From IMG/VR virus record IMGVR_UViG_3300050015_000702: DNA of 64,000 bases; one strand, given 5' to 3'. The notes below the pieces were generated by a model. The model did no database searches and was not told the DNA's origin. It was given only the letters and a program-made list of their open reading frames with translations. Numbering within the stretch: the first letter of the stretch is position 1; each line of letters starts with the position of its first letter. This DNA is from a virus. Made by a program: the position numbers and the translations under genes. Positions 56,802 to 64,000 of this stretch are shown here, piece by piece.

Positions 56802-59116
56802 TGGCTCAAAACGTAAATTCATTCACCGAAACTGTAAAAACGCTTACCCAAAATGTAAACGTTGCTTTACAATCCATGGTTCAGATGAATAATTCAATGA
56901 CTACGCAATCGGATTTTGTAGTTATATCAGTGGTGGGAACCGACCCGATAACTGGCGACGCATCCACTTTTACCTATCATATTCCATCTTTCAATTCTCT
57001 ACTCACTCAAATGAATAGAGTAGTTAATACGGTGGACACTTTTGTATCTGGTAATGGAGTCGTTTTATTAAAGGATGGAACTTATCGCCAGGTAACTACA
57101 ATACCCGTAGCAAAATCTCCTGTAGCTATTACAACATTGGCTGCTCCAACAACATTCCAAACTCGTACAAACTGGTTTTTTGAGAATATGATGTTTCCCG
57201 AACTTATTGTTGAATTTGATCTTAAAGGATTAATCGATGATAGGTCAGATAGAGTTACAGTTAGAAGGGTTCTTTTTGATAACCCGGATGCCGAAGCTAC
57301 CCAATGGTTTAAAGATAATTTTCTTGGGGTTACTCGCGATTATCAGGAAACAATAGATTTCTTAAACGTAAATGCAAAAACCTATTTTATTGATGATGAA
57401 GTCTTAAATCTTCCTCTAAATCCAACACAGTATACCGGTAGCTTCTTAATTACAAATAGACAAGTTATAAATAACGTTGAATGGTTTTATCTTGATACAC
57501 TTAACTATGGTTTAACCTCAGATGGTACCGTTGTAAAGAATATCCAATTAAAAATTAACGATCAGCTTCGTTACGCTGATAGTTTATATGTAGTTAATTC
57601 TATTGATGTTACAGAAAAAAGGGTTCAGCTTACAGCCACAGTTGGTTTTGGAAAGCCTTCTATCAATGGTTCTTTCAATATTTACTCAACTCCATTTGCA
57701 ACTAAGCTAGTTGATATTCCAGTTGGATACGATGAATGCGATATTATTTTCTTCAAAGGAGTTAATGATGACTTTAATATTATCGCCGATGATTGGGGAA
57801 ATTCGGTAAACTTCTATACAAATGATTTAGTCCTGGTTGACAGCACAGTTACATTCCAGCAATACTATAATTCATTTGTTCAGGACTTTGGAAGACAGCT
57901 TGAAGGACAAGCTAGAGAAGGATTTATTCCAGCATTCTTTGGAGTTAATCCAGACGCTCCTGTTTTTGCAGCTACAAACTTCAATGTAACTCAGATCAAT
58001 ACTCAACTTAATGCAGCGATAGATGTTGCATCAGTTAAGCAGACACAAGCTCAGATTGAATCTTTAAAAACCATTATCAATAGTTTAAAGAATACAATCA
58101 GCAACCAGAAATCAGAATTGGTTCAATTAACCTCTTCTTCCGAACGTGCTGACTTACAATCAAAGATCAATAGCAACATTATATCTCTTTCTAATAATAC
58201 GGTTCAATATCAGTCATTAGTAAGATCTTTAGCAACTATAGCTTATGAAAATAATTCTGTTGCAGTTAGCCCTAAATATAGAATTCGCGGATTCTTTGAT
58301 ATTCCTTCCCCAAAACCAATCGAGTTAGGAAATAGTCCGCAGACTCAGCAAATTATACAATTTGAAACTGCTTATAGATATTTAAGACTGGATAATACAG
58401 GAAATCCTCTAAATACTATTACTTATGCTGATCCTTCAACTGGTCAGAATATTTCAGGAGTATTTTCAGATTGGACACTTAATCTTGGACCAGTTCTTCA
58501 GAAAACATTTGACACTAGTACAAACAAATACATCTGGAAACCGGAGACAATTGCTAATGGTGATGTAGTAAATATTAACCAGCTAGATGTTCCAATTCAA
58601 AAGGGAGAAAACGTTCAAATTAAAATCCGTTCTATCTCTGAAGCAGGATGGCCTTTGAACCCGCTTAAATCCGATTGGTCTCAGCCAGTTACTGTTACTT
58701 TCCCAGCAAATCTTTCAGGAACGGATCAGGTAGCTAATATTCTTACTGAAGCTGCTTCTGAAGAAGCTGCAATTCAATTGGATCAGACTTTAAGTTCTGC
58801 AGGTATTTATACCCACATGGACGACAGCATTCCTAACCCAGCTTCTGGCAGTGGATCTTATTTTAAACACCAAGCACAATTTTTAGAGTATACTGTTTCA
58901 ACAAAAGATCAAACAGGAAAAATTACTAAACAAAATTCTGTAGATATTCAGAGTACAATAGATAATCTACCAAATAATGCTTATGTTACTCTTACAAAAC
59001 CCACCGGAGCTACTTCCCCGCAACCTAATATTACGGGGACTTTACAATTATTTTTCCAGGCAATTGTAAATATGGATCCATCCATTTATGATGAATTTGA
59101 TACATTAATCGTATAA
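56801..59116 (+). CDS. putative virion structural protein with a central coiled coil
   Basis: 771 aa; coiled coil followed by FN3-like VQIKIRSISEAGWP...SDWS. Confidence 0.5.
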   Translation: MAQNVNSFTETVKTLTQNVNVALQSMVQMNNSMTTQSDFVVISVVGTDPITGDASTFTYHIPSFNSLLTQMNRVVNTVDTFVSGNGVVLLKDGTYRQVTTIPVAKSPVAITTLAAPTTFQTRTNWFFENMMFPELIVEFDLKGLIDDRSDRVTVRRVLFDNPDAEATQWFKDNFLGVTRDYQETIDFLNVNAKTYFIDDEVLNLPLNPTQYTGSFLITNRQVINNVEWFYLDTLNYGLTSDGTVVKNIQLKINDQLRYADSLYVVNSIDVTEKRVQLTATVGFGKPSINGSFNIYSTPFATKLVDIPVGYDECDIIFFKGVNDDFNIIADDWGNSVNFYTNDLVLVDSTVTFQQYYNSFVQDFGRQLEGQAREGFIPAFFGVNPDAPVFAATNFNVTQINTQLNAAIDVASVKQTQAQIESLKTIINSLKNTISNQKSELVQLTSSSERADLQSKINSNIISLSNNTVQYQSLVRSLATIAYENNSVAVSPKYRIRGFFDIPSPKPIELGNSPQTQQIIQFETAYRYLRLDNTGNPLNTITYADPSTGQNISGVFSDWTLNLGPVLQKTFDTSTNKYIWKPETIANGDVVNINQLDVPIQKGENVQIKIRSISEAGWPLNPLKSDWSQPVTVTFPANLSGTDQVANILTEAASEEAAIQLDQTLSSAGIYTHMDDSIPNPASGSGSYFKHQAQFLEYTVSTKDQTGKITKQNSVDIQSTIDNLPNNAYVTLTKPTGATSPQPNITGTLQLFFQAIVNMDPSIYDEFDTLIV

Positions 59117-59121
59117 TTAAG

Positions 59122-62100
59122 ATGATAAAACAGTTTACTGAAAACGCGATACTAACAACCCAGAACCCCGAATGCTTTTTAAATTTTGCTTATGAAGCAC
59201 CAGATCCAAGTTTATGGATTGTTCCAGAAGTTGTTACGGGATTAGGAAAATATCTCGTAAATGGGATTGATGTACAAAGTGCAAGTGTTGGATATGCTCT
59301 TCACTTAAGTGACCAAGATTTTAGAGCATCTTTTCTGATCTACACTTCTCATCTTGAAGACTTTGATTCAAGCTTGCATTTCAGAATTTATAACAATGCC
59401 GCTTGTACCACATTAGTTGACGTTAAATCAGTAAATATTTACAACCGTCAATTTCAAATTACTTCTGACCAAATTAATTCCTTGGTTAACCAGAATATTT
59501 TAATTGATGACGAAGCATCCTATCTTGTTTTAAGAACTAACCCAAAATTTTCAGGAAACATCAAGCTTATAGTTGATGTTAGTGAGAATCTTTTCCTTGA
59601 TACATTCCAAATTTCAGATATTCTAAATAATAAGAAATACAGGAAACAGCAAGTATCCGGAAATAGCGTTTACTCAGGGGATGTTCGTAATGTATTTAGC
59701 AGTCTTCCCAAAGGAGAACTTTATAGAGTATCTGTCAATGATGCTTTAAATATAGCTGTACCAAAAACAGATTTATTCAATCAGTATGATACAACATACA
59801 ATTATGGTGCTAGACTTCTTATGGATGATCTTTATACCGAAGATAATGGGGTACTTGCTCCCCTTTGGATAAATCAAACTCTACCAGATTTCTTTGCTTT
59901 ATTTAGATTGCCGGGAACTTTTAACCCTGAAACTTATGCAGTTACCCCCGATTTAACTAATCTTGCTTTCAAATATTTAGAAGAGTCGGAATTAATTAAA
60001 AGCTGGTCTTTAAAGAAGGGTTCTACTTTAGGAACTTATTTGGATCATCACTTAAGCGATATAACGAGTAATCCGGCCCCTGTATTCCTATCTCTACCAG
60101 ATACTTCAATTTTATTCGGAGATAGCGACCCAAATACATGGTATGGTGTTGCTATTGATAAGGGCATTGTTACAGGAAGATCCGAAACCCAATATTTCTT
60201 TGAACAAAACCAGCAAAATTTTGCACAGCTTAACCAATTCATATCCAGTGGATTTGAAAGAAATAATTTAGTATGTTCTAATCTTATAAATCTTCAATAC
60301 ATTTTTGATGACAATGATGTTAGTTTATATTCAATGAGCCGATATTTTGGATTCTACTTAACAGAGAACCCATTATACAAGTTTGCTTATTACATGGATA
60401 CATCTACGTCTGATCTTATGTTTCTTTCATTAGATGGAAAAGATAGCAGCTTATTTATAGATTCTAGCATTCTTTGGGATGCATCAGGAAATGTGACTGC
60501 CGAATTCAGCAATAGAATTTTCACCTTAAATGGAGGAGATAGTCTTATCAGAATTAAGAATATAAATCCTTTTATAACTGATGATGAAACTATTCAGGAT
60601 TTTATTAATAAGCCAGGAGTCAATTTATTCGACGTGGCTGTTAAAAAAGAAAAGATAAATCCTTTTGCTACAATTAAACTTAATACCCAACTACACGGTG
60701 GGGATCACATAAGAGTTCTCAATAAAACTACTGGAAAAATATGGGAAGCTTATGGAGCTCCAACAGATCCTTATAAATATGTTGCAAAACATACAACTCC
60801 CGAATACCCAATACTTTATCAAACTAGTTTTAATACAGCTTTGGATATAGAAGGTCAGATTCATTCATTATACGATGCATTTGATTTGTTCTCAAGTTAT
60901 CCAGATTGCCCATTCCATGTAGAAACCAGAGGTTCAGATTGGTTTTCAATTATTTTAAATGATGATGCAAGTTTTGGAGATGATTGGAAAATACAGAGAA
61001 TTACATCTCAGACTAGACAGCAGCCAAATGATGAGAACTCAGTATTTAATACTTCCGCATCTCCATCAGATGTAAATTTCTTTAGATTTTTTACTCCAGA
61101 TGCAAGCGATTTTTTAACTATTTCTTATGATGCTTCATATGGCCCCATTACATTTGAACTTTATGGAGATCGTAGATCAATTGAAGTAAATTTTGTCAAC
61201 TCAAGCGATAATATTCTTTGGTCTTTTGTAAGTGATGATAAAATCTTACAAAAATTTCAAAATTATATGCTTTATCAAGAAACTAATGGAAGATACCGAT
61301 TAATAAAAAAATTCGATATAAATTCTCATGAGTTTAATCTAGTCAGAGATCCTCTTACCCCCGATGATAGAGTTTTAATAATGACTCCGAGCGACATAGC
61401 TTTATTTCATGGAAATTGGAACGCCTATGCAGCTTTCCCAATGTATTTTTCACTTATGGGTATAAATCCTGTAAAAGATATTGATTACACCGTTTATGAT
61501 TCAAGTCTTGGAGCAGTAAGTGAATATGTTTATAAAAGAGAAGGAGATGCAAGCACATGGTTTGTAAATCTTGCTCCTAAAGAGACACATACAATCGACT
61601 TTAGAGGATCCTTTGAAGTTCTCAGCGGGGATGGATCCATTTTAACTAATGGACTTTTCATTCCTTATAATGCTTCAACTAAATTTAATACTTTCAATAA
61701 TGATAGAACGATTATTGCAAACAATCCAACAGTCCTTGGCTTCACAACTGTTCTTGACGGTTCGACAGTATTTACTTCATATGATCCATCTGTCAAAGAA
61801 GAAAACTTGGAAGACTACTACGTCAATAATAAATTACTCAAATATCCACTTACCACCCCAATAATTTCATCTTGGGTAGGATTGGGAACAGATTGCAGAA
61901 ATAATTTACTTAGATTTATTCTGGACGCTTCCATATTTGCACCGGATCCATCCGGAGTATCTAATTTTCTCCCAACAGTTAATAACTACATAGATGAAAT
62001 CTCATATCCTGTTTATAAATATTTAACCCCAGGAACTAGAAACTGGCAGGATTATGTATTCTATGATATTAATGATGCTGTGTTATCTCAAGACGGGTCA

Positions 62101-63816
62101 ACATATATCACCGTTAAGCAATTGATGTTTAATGAACCCTACTTAGATGTATTTTCCAAGTTGGTTTATTCAAATGATAATGTGGACGATACAAAAGTTC
62201 GTTCGACCATTCTTTATTACAACCAATACAAGAATAGCGTTGATACTATTTTCTTAGGATTAAATCTTTCGCTTAAGGTTAGAGATACCGCAAGAAACTC
62301 TCTTAATATCAAGAACTATGATAAATACAGGTTTTCATTTATCTCTACTGCTTCTAAAAACAGAGATAACAGTCGCCCAGTAGAAGTTATCATTAATGAA
62401 AATACCCAAACCATTTTAATGATTTGGTACCAGGGAAACGACATATTGAATTACTCGTATAGAAATTCCTCTATTCTTCCCGGAAAAGCTCTTTTAAATG
62501 ATTCTTCTGCAAATATCGATATGAAAGCATTTATGACGGGTAAAGATGTTTCCACCTATTCATTTGTAAAAACCCCTTTTATTGTTAATAATGCTGCTAC
62601 TAGTTTAGCTATCTTAAACTTATACAATCAGCATCCAGTAGGTGATTATCCTGCTAGCATGGCTAATCCGTATTCTCAGTTTAATTATAGCCCAACAATA
62701 TTTAGTACTGTTTGGAATGCATTTACAGATGGAAATACGATTTTATTTGATGTAATGTCAGTTCCAAGATCCTACAATACTTTTAATCAAGTAGTTAGCT
62801 ATGATTATGCCAGAAATGCTTTAACTTATGGTGAACATGTTATGAATTATGGCTATAAATATAACACAAATGAAAATTTCTACAGAAACGGAACTTGTAC
62901 ATACGAGGATTTAGTTTATTTCTTATCGGCAAATCACGATAAGGTATTCTACTATATTATTTCTGGGGATACAGTTCTGAACAATTATGACTTTAGAGTT
63001 CCTCCATTTACCGTTTTAATCAATGATCCTAGAAATTATAAGGGTCTTAAAACTTTCAATGGTTGGTTTAAACCAAAATTTGATAATATTCTTGGATTTA
63101 CAGTTGATGAACACAAGGATCTTATGGATATTGTTAAGACAGACTTCATGATGTGTAACACAAATCTTAGGGTTTCTAATAATATTGATCAACTATGGTA
63201 TAATAAAGTAGTTACTTCGGTTACCGACGCAGATGTTGTCAACGGAAATGCTATTCAGTTTAAGCCATCATTCAATACTTTTGAATCTCTTTGGGACGCA
63301 GGATATTATACTCTAGGCGATTCAACCCCTATTGATGGTTATAATTCAGGAACAGAACTTCCTTCATTCTTTGGATCGAAGCTAATTAAACTTCCGAATG
63401 AATTTCCAATCGATAGTTGGGATCCAACGGTAGCTTCATATACAGAAACAGATACAGAAATAAATTTTTCATTTAATCTAACTGTAGCTCTTCAGAATAT
63501 GTTCAAAGTTAATTATGATTTCATTCAGAATTGGAGTGCATTTTCAAATGCAGATGATGCTATCAATTCTTATGTGAAAAATATTATCTTGCAGTATTAC
63601 AATATTGGAATTGGAAAACTTGATACAACTTTGTATTCCAAACCATTTGATGGAACACTTTTACACTATACTAACAACGGAGATTTTACTCCTGATGAAG
63701 CTATAAATGTAGATGCTGTCATGTCAGTAGAGAATAATGAATACATTTATAACATTACAGTTAAGAAAACGGGAAATCTTTCCTACTATGCAAAATTTAT
63801 CCTTACGGAAAAGTAA
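59122..63816 (+). CDS. very large putative virion structural protein
   Basis: 1564-aa ORF, D-x-S rich, in the late cluster. Confidence 0.55.
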   Translation: MIKQFTENAILTTQNPECFLNFAYEAPDPSLWIVPEVVTGLGKYLVNGIDVQSASVGYALHLSDQDFRASFLIYTSHLEDFDSSLHFRIYNNAACTTLVDVKSVNIYNRQFQITSDQINSLVNQNILIDDEASYLVLRTNPKFSGNIKLIVDVSENLFLDTFQISDILNNKKYRKQQVSGNSVYSGDVRNVFSSLPKGELYRVSVNDALNIAVPKTDLFNQYDTTYNYGARLLMDDLYTEDNGVLAPLWINQTLPDFFALFRLPGTFNPETYAVTPDLTNLAFKYLEESELIKSWSLKKGSTLGTYLDHHLSDITSNPAPVFLSLPDTSILFGDSDPNTWYGVAIDKGIVTGRSETQYFFEQNQQNFAQLNQFISSGFERNNLVCSNLINLQYIFDDNDVSLYSMSRYFGFYLTENPLYKFAYYMDTSTSDLMFLSLDGKDSSLFIDSSILWDASGNVTAEFSNRIFTLNGGDSLIRIKNINPFITDDETIQDFINKPGVNLFDVAVKKEKINPFATIKLNTQLHGGDHIRVLNKTTGKIWEAYGAPTDPYKYVAKHTTPEYPILYQTSFNTALDIEGQIHSLYDAFDLFSSYPDCPFHVETRGSDWFSIILNDDASFGDDWKIQRITSQTRQQPNDENSVFNTSASPSDVNFFRFFTPDASDFLTISYDASYGPITFELYGDRRSIEVNFVNSSDNILWSFVSDDKILQKFQNYMLYQETNGRYRLIKKFDINSHEFNLVRDPLTPDDRVLIMTPSDIALFHGNWNAYAAFPMYFSLMGINPVKDIDYTVYDSSLGAVSEYVYKREGDASTWFVNLAPKETHTIDFRGSFEVLSGDGSILTNGLFIPYNASTKFNTFNNDRTIIANNPTVLGFTTVLDGSTVFTSYDPSVKEENLEDYYVNNKLLKYPLTTPIISSWVGLGTDCRNNLLRFILDASIFAPDPSGVSNFLPTVNNYIDEISYPVYKYLTPGTRNWQDYVFYDINDAVLSQDGSTYITVKQLMFNEPYLDVFSKLVYSNDNVDDTKVRSTILYYNQYKNSVDTIFLGLNLSLKVRDTARNSLNIKNYDKYRFSFISTASKNRDNSRPVEVIINENTQTILMIWYQGNDILNYSYRNSSILPGKALLNDSSANIDMKAFMTGKDVSTYSFVKTPFIVNNAATSLAILNLYNQHPVGDYPASMANPYSQFNYSPTIFSTVWNAFTDGNTILFDVMSVPRSYNTFNQVVSYDYARNALTYGEHVMNYGYKYNTNENFYRNGTCTYEDLVYFLSANHDKVFYYIISGDTVLNNYDFRVPPFTVLINDPRNYKGLKTFNGWFKPKFDNILGFTVDEHKDLMDIVKTDFMMCNTNLRVSNNIDQLWYNKVVTSVTDADVVNGNAIQFKPSFNTFESLWDAGYYTLGDSTPIDGYNSGTELPSFFGSKLIKLPNEFPIDSWDPTVASYTETDTEINFSFNLTVALQNMFKVNYDFIQNWSAFSNADDAINSYVKNIILQYYNIGIGKLDTTLYSKPFDGTLLHYTNNGDFTPDEAINVDAVMSVENNEYIYNITVKKTGNLSYYAKFILTEK

Positions 63817-63840
63817 TAATATATAAAGAAACACGGTTAT

Positions 63841-64000
63841 ATGGACAATTTTAAATACGCACCCGGTCAATCGGGATATGGAACTACAGGCGTTGATGGA
63901 TCTTCTGGTCTATCTGGACTTGCTGTTTATTTTACTACTTATGACGGCGATGGAACAGACACAACTACGATAAAAAATAAGATCGACAATAACCTTATTC
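63841..64000 (+). CDS. 5' part of a probable structural protein, truncated by the window edge
   Basis: MDNFKYAPGQSGYGTTGVDGSSGLSGL... open to the edge; motif AATATATAAAGAAA at 63818-63831. Confidence 0.65.
   Translation, partial: MDNFKYAPGQSGYGTTGVDGSSGLSGLAVYFTTYDGDGTDTTTIKNKIDNNLI

Noticed and set aside
273-61864. Short antisense or alternate-frame ORFs in the track (e.g. 273..578, 3758..4288, 16036..16350, 40292..40603, 56278..56532)
   Set aside because: Fully nested in longer, motif-bearing genes, with F/I/L-rich shadow composition
1-64000. Genome-wide stop codon reassignment (TAG=Gln, code 15)
   Set aside because: Long genes are intact in code 11 and several end at TAG (for example 5253, 18426, 36236, 43527); only one internal TAG was found

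Overview
AT-rich, gene-dense segment of a large T4-like (myovirus, probably jumbo) phage genome, read in standard code 11. It carries part of the virion morphogenesis region: gp53-, gp5-, gp6-, gp7-, gp25- and gp13-like proteins and large tail/fibre proteins. It also has a GH24 lysozyme, an S1-domain (rpS1-like) protein, a MoxR-type AAA+ ATPase with a DUF2201/vWA metallopeptidase partner, ankyrin and LRR proteins, and eight free-standing homing-type endonucleases (7 GIY-YIG, 1 Zn-finger PD-(D/E)xK). A recurrent late-promoter-like motif (G/A)AT(A/T)(T/A)ATA-x(1-2)-ATAAAA precedes many genes. A-rich, SD-less translation starts and one TAnnTTTG element point to a Bacteroidota host (inference). 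The most striking unexplained signal is a ~20-aa tag, E-[S/N/D/A]-x-[N/D/H]-F-[E/Q/T]-R-x3-P-x3-[L/M]-x-[I/V]-G. I count 22 copies in 10 ORFs, each copy heading a different 100-300 aa cargo domain, including a 9-unit polyprotein. This suggests a protease-processed, capsid-packaged, shufflable cargo system. A second signal is strong enrichment of D-x-S (and N-x-S) tripeptides confined to some tail/baseplate proteins, suggestive of a modification sequon. No tRNA, rRNA or CRISPR array was recognised. Product calls come from motif recognition by eye, not database searches.
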